DNA of 33,423 nt from Eubacteriales bacterium (GTDB lineage: Bacteria; Bacillota; Clostridia; Oscillospirales; Acutalibacteraceae). Positions within the stretch are counted from its first letter, which is position 1. The number at the start of each line of letters is the position of its first letter. The position numbers and the translations under genes were made by a program. Below the pieces are notes generated by a model, which was not told where the DNA came from, ran no database searches, and worked only from the letters and a program-made list of their open reading frames with translations. Below are positions 1 to 13,000 of the stretch, piece after piece. Where the stretch lies: NCBI GenBank assembly GCA_030529125.1, contig JAUMXP010000001.1:1-33423 (forward strand), in the 5' to 3' direction.

Positions 1-1344
1 AACGGTGAATACTTTGAACAATTCAGTTTTTTCATAAGATATTTTAAAAATCTTCCTAGAATGTGGCCGTTAGTTATAATTCCTGTTGTTGTATGTGTGT
101 GCATAAGCTACCTTATTGCAAATCACAATTATGTACCTATGTACACAGCTTCTACTACGTTCACAGTTAATATAAAAAACGAACAGCTTATCAGTGACCA
201 GTCAGCTTTTTATGATAATGTTGCTGCAGAACAAATGGCTCAGACTTTTCCATATATTCTGACCAGTAATCTTCTCCAGAGAAGAGTTGCGGCTGACTTA
301 GGTGCACCACTCACTTCTTCTATTGATGCAAGCGTTGTTGAAAACACGAATCTGCTTACTCTTTCCGTAAGTGATGTGGACCCTCAGAAAGCCTATGACA
401 CACTCAATGCGGTTATAAAAAACTACCCACCTATTTCTGAACCTATTGTCGGTAAAGTCACATTAAACATACTTGATGAAACCGGAGTTCCAACTACACA
501 GGACAATCCGAAAATTTTTCGTCAGGAAATACTAAAAGGCTTTCTGATTGGTTTGTTTATAGCTTTGATGTGGACCTTATTAGTCTTTTCTATCAACAAG
601 ACTGTCACATCTGAAAATGAAATAAAAAAAGAATTCGGTCTTAGCACTCTGGGTAGTATGCCTAGAATAAAGAGCAAAAAGCGCTCTTCAAATATTAACA
701 GGTATTATCTTGTCACAGATTCTGATATGACGCAGGTGTTGGGCGAATCTTTCAGAAAAACAAGAAACAAGATTGAATATATAGCACATCAGCAAAAAAT
801 CAAAAAGATACTTATAACAAGTGCTTCAGCAGGTGAAGGAAAAAGTATGTTTTCTGCAAACTTGTCTATTTCACTTGCACAGGCAGGTAACAAGGTTACC
901 CTTATCGACTGCGATGTCAGACATCCAACCGGACGAATGATTTTTAAGATAGAACCCGGTTGCGGTCTATCCGATTATCTTAAAGGCGATTTAAGTCTTG
1001 AAGACTACATCGAAAGTTCGAAAACCGATATATTAAGAAAGGGCGAAAACCTGACTTTCTTTGCAGGAGGTACAGCAGTTGCAGACGGTACATCTTTACT
1101 TTCTTCTCAAAGAATGGATGAACTTATTATATTCTTGGAAAAAGAATCTGACTATATAATACTCGATAGTGCACCTGTCGGTATTCTTACTGATTCTGTT
1201 GTTCTCTCAAAAAATGTTGATGCATCCATCTTGATTATCAAAAACGATTACGCTCGTGTCGATATCATAAACGATGCTATAGAACATTTATGTGAAAATG
1301 ATATTCAGATTATCGGAGCTGTTTTTAACACAGCAAATAACTAA
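1..1344 (+). CDS. Polysaccharide co-polymerase/BY tyrosine kinase fusion (Wzc/CpsC-CpsD-like), probably 5'-partial
   Basis: Two TM segments flank a Wzz-like extracellular part. Walker A SASAGEGKS, A' LIDCD, B IILDSAP. The frame is open from position 1 (NGEYFEQF...), so the true start may lie before the window. Confidence 0.88.
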   Translation, partial: NGEYFEQFSFFIRYFKNLPRMWPLVIIPVVVCVCISYLIANHNYVPMYTASTTFTVNIKNEQLISDQSAFYDNVAAEQMAQTFPYILTSNLLQRRVAADLGAPLTSSIDASVVENTNLLTLSVSDVDPQKAYDTLNAVIKNYPPISEPIVGKVTLNILDETGVPTTQDNPKIFRQEILKGFLIGLFIALMWTLLVFSINKTVTSENEIKKEFGLSTLGSMPRIKSKKRSSNINRYYLVTDSDMTQVLGESFRKTRNKIEYIAHQQKIKKILITSASAGEGKSMFSANLSISLAQAGNKVTLIDCDVRHPTGRMIFKIEPGCGLSDYLKGDLSLEDYIESSKTDILRKGENLTFFAGGTAVADGTSLLSSQRMDELIIFLEKESDYIILDSAPVGILTDSVVLSKNVDASILIIKNDYARVDIINDAIEHLCENDIQIIGAVFNTANN

Positions 1345-1365
1345 ACTATTTCAGGACCAACTAAG

Positions 1366-2079
1366 ATGATTGATATACACTGTCATATACTTCCTCAGTT
1401 TGATGATGGAGCTAGAAGCCTGGACGAAGCCTTGGAGATGGCTTATTTAGCACACAAAAGTAAAGTCAATACTATCGTCGCTACTCCACATTGTAACGTA
1501 CCGGGTGAGGAAAACAACTATTACGACGATAATTACAAAAGAATATTTTGTAAACTTAGCGAAGCTTTAGCTGAAAACTCTATTCCAGTAAGGTTAATTC
1601 CCGGTATGGAGGTTTTTGTTACTTTTGATTTACCTAACCTCATAAAAAACGGAAAAGTCATAACCATTAACCACAGCCGCTACATTCTTTGTGAGTTTGG
1701 TTTTTCAGAAGACCCTGAGTTTATTGAGCTTATGATAAAACGTATAAAAGAACTTGGTCTGGTTCCGATTATCGCCCATCCCGAACGTTATGATATCGTA
1801 AAATATGACCTTGATTTTGCGAAAGCAATGGTTGATGCTGGTGGGTTATTGCAGGTAAACAAAGGTAGTTTTAAGCAAGCTTTCGGGCGAAGTGCTCAGA
1901 AATGCGCCTACGAACTGTTAAGCGAAAATCTTGTCAGCGCCATAGCCAGCGACGCACATTACAGTACATTCCGTACTCCATATATGCTTGATGTAAAAAA
2001 AGAGCTCGAAAGCATCTGCGATACAAAAACACTCTTTACAGATAACCCTTTTAAAATTTGCTCGGATATTATAATCTAA
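1366..2079 (+). CDS. PHP-family tyrosine-protein phosphatase (CpsB/CapC/YwqE-like)
   Basis: MIDIHCHILP..DDGA, TPH, IAHPERY and ASDAH motifs; directly follows the BY-kinase. Confidence 0.93.
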   Translation: MIDIHCHILPQFDDGARSLDEALEMAYLAHKSKVNTIVATPHCNVPGEENNYYDDNYKRIFCKLSEALAENSIPVRLIPGMEVFVTFDLPNLIKNGKVITINHSRYILCEFGFSEDPEFIELMIKRIKELGLVPIIAHPERYDIVKYDLDFAKAMVDAGGLLQVNKGSFKQAFGRSAQKCAYELLSENLVSAIASDAHYSTFRTPYMLDVKKELESICDTKTLFTDNPFKICSDIII

Positions 2080-2080
2080 A

Positions 2081-2114
2081 AATACCCTGTTAGGATTTTT
2101 CCTGACAGGGTATT
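2081..2114. terminator. Probable bidirectional intrinsic terminator
   Basis: Inverted repeat AATACCCTGTTAGGA / TCCTGACAGGGTATT between convergent genes. Confidence 0.75.
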
Positions 2115-2115
2115 A

Positions 2116-2604
2116 CTATTTATAAAACTTATATTTGATTTTACGCAAAAATCTCCTGAACGAAAAATATGTTTTCATAGCAAAATACCTGAATTTTATA
2201 TTCCGTATCCATATCTTGCTATAAAATTTCCAAATAAAAGTTGATGTATCTTTCCACTTTCGTCTTCGCTTATATTTTGTTACAACTCCTTTGACACAGC
2301 TATATGGCACAGGACCCTCAACCACAGACTGAGCATCACCAACAAAATATAAATCTTCACCGTCTACTTTATAAACTCTGTGCAAAATATAATCACCATT
2401 ACTTCTTACATATAAAGCGATATCCCCAACACTGAGATTATGTTCAGGCTTTTCAAGATAGACCCATGATTTATTGCTAATCAGAAAAGGAGCCATACTG
2501 GAGCCAGTGACCACAGTAGACACACCTTTGCCCTTAGAGATAATAGAGCATAAGGCGTTCATATATTCAGCTGTATCAATTTCTCTTAACGGTTTATCCC
2601 TCAT
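2116..2604 (-). CDS. S24/S26-family peptidase (signal-peptidase-like, soluble)
   Basis: GSSMAPFL (catalytic Ser), GDIALY, YILHRV and VGD motifs; no N-terminal TM anchor. Confidence 0.8.
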   Translation of the reverse strand: MRDKPLREIDTAEYMNALCSIISKGKGVSTVVTGSSMAPFLISNKSWVYLEKPEHNLSVGDIALYVRSNGDYILHRVYKVDGEDLYFVGDAQSVVEGPVPYSCVKGVVTKYKRRRKWKDTSTFIWKFYSKIWIRNIKFRYFAMKTYFSFRRFLRKIKYKFYK

Positions 2605-2637
2605 CTTATCACCACTGTTTTAGTAAAGCACCCACAT

Positions 2638-3855
2638 CTATGGCGTATTATTTTTAATCTTATAGATTTCAAACAGTTTGCTTCGCCTTTTGCCTATGTG
2701 CATAGATTCAATAACAACACTGACTTTCTGACGCTCTTTACCTGTCATCAAAAAGAAAAATCTGTGTACCCACGCAATCGGCAACAGAATAGGATATTTC
2801 TTAGCGTAAGCATATTTTTCATTCAGGTTTTTGCTCGAACAAAAAATCTTTTTCATAATTCCATTATTATCATTCTTTAACGTTGAAAAAGAAAACACGC
2901 TACTCAATGTTTGTGAGTCAGAAACTTTACCATATATTCCACTCGAAAGAACATCATCAAGCAATAATGTTTCATCTGTTTCTATTTTACTCCAATTTTT
3001 ATTGCTATGGAATATTTCTATATCTTTACCAAGATAATTCTTACCAATCTTGAATATTGCAGCAGCATAATACTGAGCATTTAAACTCACGCAACCTGAG
3101 TACAGTTTATCCCAATCAATATAAGTTTCATATTTATCAGCAAAGAGAATTATGTCGCAAAACTGTCGTATTCCGACACCTCTTCCAGTAAAATGCTTCA
3201 GGCTATGCAAAATAAGATATAGTAAATTTTCGGTATAATTAAAGGTTCTGACATCAACAAAGTTAATGTTCACAAAAACTCCATTATCATAAACATTTCC
3301 GAATAAATCATTATGGCTTTTATAAAAACTTTCATCGCGAATAAAAAGCTTTTTATGTAATTCAATAGTTATCAGATCGGAGTTCCTGAAAACAAGGTGG
3401 TTTTCACAATCATTGACAGTATCATCTGGTGTAAATCCGTTATGATTTAAAACTTTTACACATTTTTCGAAATCATTTTCTGACACAAGGATGTCTTCAT
3501 CAGATGATATACGCAAATCAGGTTTTGGATAAACATAACTGCAAACAATCCCTTTGAATATCATCGGACTGATATTTTCAGCTTCGAAATCTTTATACAA
3601 GCTGAGGATACACTCAGTTTTCTCGATTTGTCTGTAAAACAAAAAACGAACCCTGCTTTTCACTTCATTAAGATTGCTTTTGTCATAAGGATATGTAGCA
3701 TACAATTTGTCAAATATCAGCGGTAAAAGTTTGTGTTTTTCTGCCAAATTAAAAAGCTGAACATACTCTGATAAAGATATAGGTGATTTCACGTCGAATT
3801 CTCGGTTGTTAATGGCTGCATTCAGTACATCTAGAAACAACAAATTGATTGACAC
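2638..3855 (-). CDS. Nucleotidyltransferase family protein (NTP_transf_5-like)
   Basis: FKG...YP.PDLR.SSDEDILV, IELH, LH..KH, GIRQFCD motifs. GTG start at 3855 preferred (SD GGTGGTGA). Confidence 0.82.
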   Translation of the reverse strand: MSINLLFLDVLNAAINNREFDVKSPISLSEYVQLFNLAEKHKLLPLIFDKLYATYPYDKSNLNEVKSRVRFLFYRQIEKTECILSLYKDFEAENISPMIFKGIVCSYVYPKPDLRISSDEDILVSENDFEKCVKVLNHNGFTPDDTVNDCENHLVFRNSDLITIELHKKLFIRDESFYKSHNDLFGNVYDNGVFVNINFVDVRTFNYTENLLYLILHSLKHFTGRGVGIRQFCDIILFADKYETYIDWDKLYSGCVSLNAQYYAAAIFKIGKNYLGKDIEIFHSNKNWSKIETDETLLLDDVLSSGIYGKVSDSQTLSSVFSFSTLKNDNNGIMKKIFCSSKNLNEKYAYAKKYPILLPIAWVHRFFFLMTGKERQKVSVVIESMHIGKRRSKLFEIYKIKNNTP

Positions 3856-3963
3856 AAAATCACCACCCTGATTTATTTGCAAAGCAAATTAATAATATTA
3901 TTATAATACTATGATGTTAAAAATCAAGCATTGCATTTAAAAACACAATCCAGTAAAAACTAA

Positions 3964-3995
3964 CCCCTGTTGCAGTATAAGCGTACAACAGGGGG
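3964..3995 (-). terminator. Intrinsic terminator after the giant gene
   Basis: CCCCTGTTG...CAACAGGGG hairpin with flanking A/T runs. Confidence 0.6.
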
Positions 3996-4078
3996 CGTTT
4001 TTATTTATATTTGTTTTCGAAAATATTTGTCAAACTATACACAGCTATTAATCTGTGCGTTTCAACCAAATCTCGTAA

Positions 4079-7000
4079 TTATTTTTTAGCAGTAATAGTA
4101 TCAGAGTATGCAATTCTGAGAATTCCATCAGCATCTCTGTACATTACGAATGCTCGAGCTATCATCTCGTCACCAAGCTCAACCCCAGTCTTTGTTATGG
4201 AGTGTGAACCAGTGCTTGTCTGATATTTCTTAGCTGGTACAAACTGGGTGACACCTCTGTCAAGTGTGCCTACTACAAATGTAGATTCGCTGTAGTTGTT
4301 CTTATCTGCAAAGAGCACACCTGCACTGATGAAAGTAAATTCGGATTTCTCAGGTACACTCCATGAGAAGAATATGGTGTTGCTATCGCCGAGAGTAGTG
4401 CTGTCTATACCGGCATTTACCAGAACATCATAATCAAGTTTCAGAGAAGTATTGGAAACATACATTGCTGTAAGCTCTGTATCCTTGTAAGGATAGAACT
4501 TATACTCTGCATCGTAGCTTTGGATGTTACCGTCTGCATCCTCCCAATGTGAGAACATCTGTCCATTTGGAGCAGCATTTGCGGTAACAGTTATGGACTT
4601 GTATGCAAGATACTTGCCATCGGTGTTGACACCTGCAGACTTGGTTACTGCTCCGCCGTTTACTGTGATATTGACATAAACATCCTTTACCTCCCAGATA
4701 GGACGAACAGTTACATCCTCGCCCTGAACAAGCAGTTCTCTGATCTCTTCTTCCGTGTGATCCCACTGGGCGAACTCGTAACCCAAGAAAGATGGATCCT
4801 CTGGGAATACGATATCGCTGTCAGGTGAATAGTATTGGATGTCGATAATCTGGTTGCTCTTGTCGTTTCTGAAGGTAACTGTGTTCATACCATCCAAATC
4901 AACCTTAAACATAGCAATCAGTACATCATTACCTGTTGTGTAGAAGGTGTAGGTACGCTCTGTGGTAAGGATATCACCTGTAGTAGCGTTTATCCAACCA
5001 ACAAAAGTGTTGTCGTTGGTGGTTTGGGCTGTTACCTTTACCTGTTTGCCAAAATCCATATGATGATTGTAGTAATGCTTACCCAGAGGACGAGCAATAC
5101 CGTCATCAACACTCATCAGAATATCAGTACCACCGGATACCTTCAGTTCTAGATAACCTGATGTATCATGATCTATCGCAGTCTCATCGTACTGAGCTGT
5201 AATTGTGAGGTTACCTGTGATGTTGCTGAAGTCCTTGTTCCAGCCTGCGAATGTGTATGTGTAGTACCCATCAGCAGGTCTTACAGGGGCAACAGGTGCC
5301 ACAGCAGACTCACCGAGTTTTACAGACTGAGTATCAATTACTGTACCATCATAATCTTTGAATGTTACTGTGTAAGATGGAAGGTACGCAGTATTGGACA
5401 CTTCTGTAGACTGAGGAAGAACCGCAGTGTTTGCATAATTCTGTGTTGAAGGTGTTGCTACATAACCTGGGAAGTATCCCATTGTATCACGAATTGTTTC
5501 ATAATTTGCAAAGGTAAGGTTACTATTAATATCCCAGTTCCACTGCTTTATAGCATTTGACCACATACGATCGATAAGGCTGTAGAAATACTTGCCTTTA
5601 TTAGCAGAGGTTGATTCATCCCATACACCGTTCCACATCTCTACTTCTGTGTTAACTGCAGCGTTATCACACCATACCATAAAGTAACCGCCCTGAAGCT
5701 GGTTATTTGTGAGCTCATACTTAGTTTTATTATATCCGCTGAGCAATCCTGGTGTCCACTCGTTGTAAATAGCGTCTTCGGTATTTCTATAGAAGCCCCA
5801 CCAATTGTTACTTGGGTCACGGGCATCTTTACCCCAATCAGGATATTTTGACAAATCAGTATAGTTTGGATGATCGAAATATCTGAGCACATAATATGTC
5901 CAGAAATTTATACCACCATATACTGTTCTTCCACTATCAACCCATTGGCTTGGAGGTGCTGTATAGGAGCCGTCTGCAGTCCAGATTACAACCTCAATAT
6001 CACTATCAAGCTGTGCGTTGGTTTGGAAAATCTTTGAATAATTATCAACTGTCGTCTTGCGATAGAAGAAATCATTATATACTCTTGAAGTATAATCGTG
6101 TTTTTTCAATACCTTATTAACGTCATTGATGTAATTATACACGTCAGTATATGTGTAACCACTGCTCGAATACAAACCAAGCTCGTCGCCACCAATATTG
6201 AACTTTGTACTTCCTGCATAAACCTTAAAGAACACAGCCATATCGTTATACATAGCGAATGCGAGATTCTTTACTGAATTGTTAGCAAGATTCAATGCTG
6301 AATAACCATTATTGTAATGGATTGTGTTAGGTAATGTATAAGTTGTGCCATTATACTTGAAAGTTTTGATAGAAGTGTTGCCTGCAGCAACCTGTTCAGC
6401 ATAGGTCGTTGTAATCCAATCAACGTGAGCAGGTGTATCAAATGATGGGATAATATCAATATGATATTCCTTAGCAGTTTCGCAAATCTCGATAAGCTCT
6501 GCAGTTGTAAGATATCTGCCAGCATCAGGATCCGCACCACCGCTGTAATTCCAAGATTGCTTTCTGCTACCGATTGCCCATGAGAAGTCATTTCCTGACA
6601 TTCCGTCAAGCTTGATTGTGTTTTCATCCCAGATATCTGAACGGAAACCACCGTCTTCTGACATATGGAATTCAAGAGCGTTGTAACCCATCCATGACAT
6701 CTCAGCAATATAGTTTTTGATCCAATCCTTTGTCAGATACTTTCTTGCAACGTCAAGATGAACTATACGGTCTTTTGTATCAGGTTTATCCTGTGTTGTG
6801 AAGCCCTTGATTGCGTTTGTGTCAGCCTTACGGAAGTGTTTCTGGAGAGTGTTGAGACCGTAGAGGAGACCGTCAACATCCTTAGAATAAACCTTTGCTT
6901 TTTCAGCAACTTCCAGCTTGTATTCCTCGTCGCCGTAGCTGTAGCTGGAATTTACATAGATAAGAATGTCGCCGTCTGTAGCGTATTTCTCAAGACCCCA

Positions 7001-10000
7001 TACGATTTCCATCGGCTCTGCAGATGGAAGACTGTCAGCTGCGAACTGGCTCTGTACAAGCTTCACAGTATCTACAACCTTATCTGAAGGCTTTGAGGAC
7101 TCGTTTTGAGTTACAATATAGAATTTGCTGTCTTCTGACAGTGCAAAGTTTTTACTGCTGTTTGCAGTAAATGTATCTGCCAGAACACCAAGTGAGCTTG
7201 TGTCTGTTCCTACAACAGTAGGCTTAGATGGCTCTACAGGCTCGTTACCTGTATTATCACTATTACCATCGTCCTCTTTGTCAGATGTCATCTGGTCAAC
7301 CAGTCCAATAAAGTCAACAAACTTGGATGTATCAAGGTTGTTGCCTGTGCTGTCAACAATTGTATTTCCCAGCTCATCATTATCATAGATAACGTCAGGA
7401 ACTTCACTTTCGTTTAGAGTACACAGTTTAATACCGTTGTACTTGATACTTGTAAATGATGCCATACCAGGTGTTTCGGTATCAGCTACTCTGATAACAA
7501 CCTGATATCTGTCATTCTCTGCATCATAAGGACATTCAGCATAAGGAATGGTGTAGTACTGCTCGGTACCTGTTGTGATCGTAGATAAGGTCTTCCATAC
7601 GTACTCGTCGTTTACGTAGACACCATACTGGAGCTCTGCGTTAAGACCTGTAGCCTTCTGAGCGTTGAATTGACCGTAGTCAATAGCTCTTACGGCAATC
7701 TGCATATTGTGGACGTCCGTACCGTCTTCCTGTACATAGAATGCTAATGCAGACTTGAGGTTTGCACTTACCTCCTGCATATAGACCTCGTTGTTAGGAC
7801 CTGCAAGGAGGTAATCATTAACGCTGTTTACTATGTTATTAGTCCATTTTAAGTTTTCATCACTAGGCAGAGTGTTGTTACGGTTCTCAATCCAGGTGTT
7901 TGTACCGCCGGATACGCTAAGACCGTCAGTATCGTCATACTTGATTGCAAATGCCTGTCGGTCAGCGATAAGATTTCGGATTTCTTCAAAATCAGCACCG
8001 TTTTCAGTGTCAATGTATGCATCGTTCTTGCCGGCTGTGCCATCTTCATCATCAGCAAGAGGCTGGAAGATTCTGATACCGTCAATAATAAGCCATGACT
8101 CTTTGACTGAAGGCTTATTGCCTACCATATTTGAGAAATCGTAAACAGGGACACCGTTAATCTCTACGGTGTATTTGCCAAAAGCAAGACCATTCACACG
8201 GACAATAGGCACCTGATTGATTGCATCGTCACCATCGTTTGCGTCATTATCAAACTCTGTAATAACTGCCACTGTCTTTACAACCTTACGTGTTGAATCC
8301 TTGACAACAACTCTTGCTGTACTTGAATCGACAGCATTGGTACGACCGATAATCTCAAATCCTGTACCTGTGAAATCAAATGTTGCAAAAGGCTTTGTAT
8401 CGCCGATAGATACCTGAGTCTGGCTATCGCCACTGTAATCCGGCTTCAAAGAATTCTGATATGTAGGGTCTTTACCATACTCAAGTTCTTGGTCGACATT
8501 CTGAGACAGACTGCCTGAGCCATTGCCGATGTGAACCATAGAGTTAGCTGAATCTGTCGTATCGTACTTGATACCTGTAAAATCGTCTTCGTAATAAACA
8601 ACGTTTGCAGGAAGCACCGTTACCTTCTTGTACATCTGTACTTCCTTGTTGATATCAAAGGTCTGACCCAAAGGTGTAGGATCATCTGTTGTCTCGTGAA
8701 CTGTTATAGCCATCCACAAGTCATACATACTGTCCATGAAGTCAGTAGGAGTAAAAGTAAATCCTAACTTTTCTGCATCCTCACCATAGGTAATATCTAC
8801 ATTGTAGCCTGTAGACACTTCAGACGTAGACGAAACAGCAAAATTATTATCTGTGTAAACATCAATTTTGTTTTCTGCGCCAAGGCAGAACTCTTCTATG
8901 TTGCCAGTCTGTCTGCCGTTGTTATTATTGATGATAAAGCCCGTTCTGTCACCATCAAGCTCGTAAATATATCTTCCATTTTCGTCTTGTTCGGTGACAA
9001 TATCACCAGGCCAAGTGGTGCTGCTTGTATCGTTCCAGTGATGAATCGCCACTGTACCCCAGTCATCAGGTACGGAAATAAACAGCTTGGTCTTGGTGTT
9101 TGTGTTTGCTTTACCGCTGTCGATAATGTAATAGCTATTAGTCTTATTAGGAGTCAACATTAAGTTCTGAGACTGAGTGCCGTTTCCGTTATTGACAATA
9201 ACTTTGGTTGCACCTGCAGGAGCCTTCATGGTGTATACACCATCGCCGTCTGTATCTGTTACATGGATACCAGGCCATGCCGGGCCAACATCTCCGTTAG
9301 GGCCGAAGAAGTAGAAATTCACATCTCCGTAGTTTGCAGGTACAGTTGCCTCAACAGTGGTGTTGATCACTATGCCACTGACATTAATCCAAGTTTCAAG
9401 ACCAGGGGTAATAAGCAGATCAGCAGTCTGCTTTGCGCCTTCCTTTTTGCCGTCGTTGACTATTACGTTGGTAACATCGGCAGGAATATTCTCTACTGTA
9501 TATGTGCCGTCAGATTGCTTTTCCATAGCAATACCAGGCCACTCGACGCCGGTACCACTGCCGTTACTGTTCCAGTAATAAAGGCTTGCTGCTTCCCAAT
9601 CATCAGGCACGGTAGCGTGCATCTTTACTTTCTCTGTAGAACGGGATGAAGTTGCACTGTAATAATATATTTTTGTTTCCTCGTTGTAGGATGGATTGTT
9701 GTCATTAACAGTAATCCACGTCTCTTTGCCTGCATATACAGGCTGGTTAGAGGTCTGTTTGCCTTTGTCGCCGTTGTTGATAATAACATTTGAGACATTA
9801 CCAGGGATGTTCATAGTATAGAAGCCGTTTTGATCAACCTCGAGCGGTTCACCCGGCCATTCGTTGTTGTTGTCATACTCATCCCAGTAGTACAGATACA
9901 CCTCTTCCCAGTCATCGGGAACCTGTGCGTGGATAATACCATCCTGAGTATGATATTCTGTGCTTGCGATAAGCTTACCTTCAGAGTTTGTTGTGCCGTC

Positions 10001-13000
10001 GATGGTAATCCATGCTTCCTCGCCTGGGTTGATATCAATATTGACAGTCTGTTGCTGACCGTTGCTAATGATAACATGTGGCACATCTCCAGGGATGCTC
10101 AGGCTGAAATGACCAACTTTATCCATATTCATCACAGTTCCTGGCCAACCATTATCTGCACCGCCATCGTACCAATAATACAGATACGCCTGACGCCACT
10201 GCACAGGGACTTGAACATGGAGAGGGACAGTACCTACAGCTGAAAGGGAGTATTTGTCGTTGTTTGCGTTGTATGTGATAATTTTTCCATTGTCAGGAAT
10301 ATTCATATTGAAAGTAAAATAACCATCAACGCTGTCGTCATCACCCTTTACATCAATTCTGTTTTTCTCATCCAAAGGCATTTTTTCAAAATTAATGCGG
10401 TTGAATTCGGAAATATTGTCTGCAGGGTCAAGGTATGTGGCACCTGTGGTATTGATACCCATAAGCTTTGCTGCAGTACCACTAAGATTTCCCAAAAGGT
10501 TGTCATTCTTAAAGAGCTCTCCATTTGCGTCCAGCTCCTCAGTCTTTAGACCATAGTCCAGAACATAGGTGCTATCCTGAACCTTGGTGCTATGAACCAT
10601 TACACGGACAATAGCATAATCACCCTGATTAAGTCCTGAAACGTCATCTATATATCCACCACCTGTGGACTGAAGGCGCATAAGCAGATAGAACTCGTGC
10701 GTACCCGGCTCTGTGTAATTGATCTGACAGCCCCAATCTCCAGTAGCCTGCTGAGTAAAGAAGCTTACATCCGGTGCATAATCAACCTTTCTGCCGTATT
10801 TATCACAGAATGAGGTATAAATAACGCTTGTGTCACCTTTTACTTTATCAAAGAACTCCTCATACTCTGAGAGTTTATTTCCTGTGGTTTTTGAAGCTTT
10901 AGTGGCATCGTCAAGTATTCTCTTCTCCTGTACAAAGAGGTTGTGCTCTGACCACTGGTAATAGTAAGGAATTCCTGCAACATATATACGGTGACTCGCT
11001 GCACTTCGCAGAGTTTCGTTGCCACTACCATTTGGATCAGACTTTGTAGTCGCAGTAACATTGACTGTATTATCAAATACACCCGCCTCAGCCTGTTCAT
11101 CGGTGAGGGTATAGTAGATGCCCTTGAAGGTAACTTCTGCATCAACCCACAGACCTGAACCACTCTGAGTAAGCTCGTCATCTATAGTTCCGTCACCAAG
11201 ACCGTCGCCCTCCAGAGTTTTCAGGAAAACTTTCAGAGCATTGTTATCATTGAAGCGGATTGTAACCTCTGTGTATACATGTGTACCTGTGCCTGCATCA
11301 ACCTTTGTATACTCGCCTGTTGCCAGATCCTTTATATAGTCACCATTGTTACTGTCAGGCTTATAGCCGGTAACCACCGCCGTAAGGTCGTTGGCTTCAA
11401 GAGTACCGCCTCGGGCATCGGTTACATAGTAACCATTGATATCATCGTTTAAATCATCTGGTGTATCGTCACCTTTAACCAAAAGTCCGTCGGTAGGATT
11501 CAGCTTTACACCGATGTTGCTATCATCAAATGTCAGGTTGTAAAGCTTTGTGTTACCTGTGTTCTTAGCCTTGAGGTTATACTCAATAGGAGCATTCGGG
11601 TTGACAATACCGCCAACCTCAACCTGCTCACCAAACTGGTATGCAGATTTCTCAACACGGAGAGCAGGGTCAGTAACATGCATATTTGTAACAATACGCA
11701 TATTAGCACCGTAGCCGTGACGCTCCATATAATAGAAATCGAATTTTACAATCTCACCATCAACAAGATCAAGAGCCTGTGCACGCTTCACTTCTTCTGC
11801 AGAGTAATTGTCAGGATTAGCTACAACTTCTCTAGCCCATTTTACATAGTCGTTAACCTGGAAGCTAACGGTACTGATAGAGTGAGCACCACCAATATCA
11901 AGAACAAGTTGATCGTTGATGAACAAGTAAACGTCGTCGTCTCCTTCGAACTCGAAGAATAAACCATCCTCTTCGTTAAACACGAACTCACCGTTTGAAG
12001 TAAGAACGTAGTCAAAGTTTCTGTTTATATACGTACCGCCGTCCTTGGTGTATGAGCGATAGCCATCCTCCATCATATAGTATGATTTTGTCTGACCTGC
12101 ATAATCACCGGTTGCGTTCGTTACAGGCAGAAACGGGAATCGGGTAGTTGTGTTAGATCCTGAATAATAGAACAAATCCTTTCCCTGAACAGGACCCATA
12201 GAAATTGTGCCGTCACCACCCTGATTCAGAGAGCTATACTCGACAGAAGACTTAGACTGCTCTTTGTACTGATTCTGAGTGAGTTTTCCGGAGGTGAGAT
12301 CAGCGTTGCTTGCACCATTTGAAAAACCTGCGTCAAATACATAAGCGCTTTTTCCGTCTGACATATTAGCACTGCTAAGAGTAAGGTACTTATAGTCTGT
12401 CTGAAGCTGGTTGTAGGAGTTGTCCACGAAGAGGTTATTAAGCAGGAAGTAGGCAGCATCCATACAGGTATTGATGTTGTCCTTAACATCAAGGAATTCA
12501 CCCACAAGACTACTTGCTTTTGCCTTTGTTTCAGCATATGAACCGAATGTCGGAGCTGAGCCCTTATTCTGACCTGAAGTGAATTTAATGCCAAGACAGT
12601 TACGCAGTGCCTGTGCAAGATCACTCTTACCACTGGTAGCGTATTGGCTACTCTCCTGTCCTTTTACGAAGTTATAATTATATTTACCGCCTGAATCTTT
12701 CTGAGGAATAACAAGCGTTTTTTCAAGCATTTCTGCAATGTATGATATAGCTTCCTCACGATATACAGGACGACCGTTTTCGAGTTCACCCTCTAAAAGA
12801 CCAACAGTCATAAGACCCTGAGTAGCGTGGGTAAGCAGTTTGTATCCATCCAGATCCAGATCTGCCATATTAAAGCCATTCTGATAGTCGCTTGGGTACT
12901 TGTTTTTATAAGCATCCTGAGACGCATAGCTGCTAGATACATAGTAAATCTTGTTGTCGGTACCCAGATTTTTTCCGTTACGGTCTACACGCTTGTCGTT

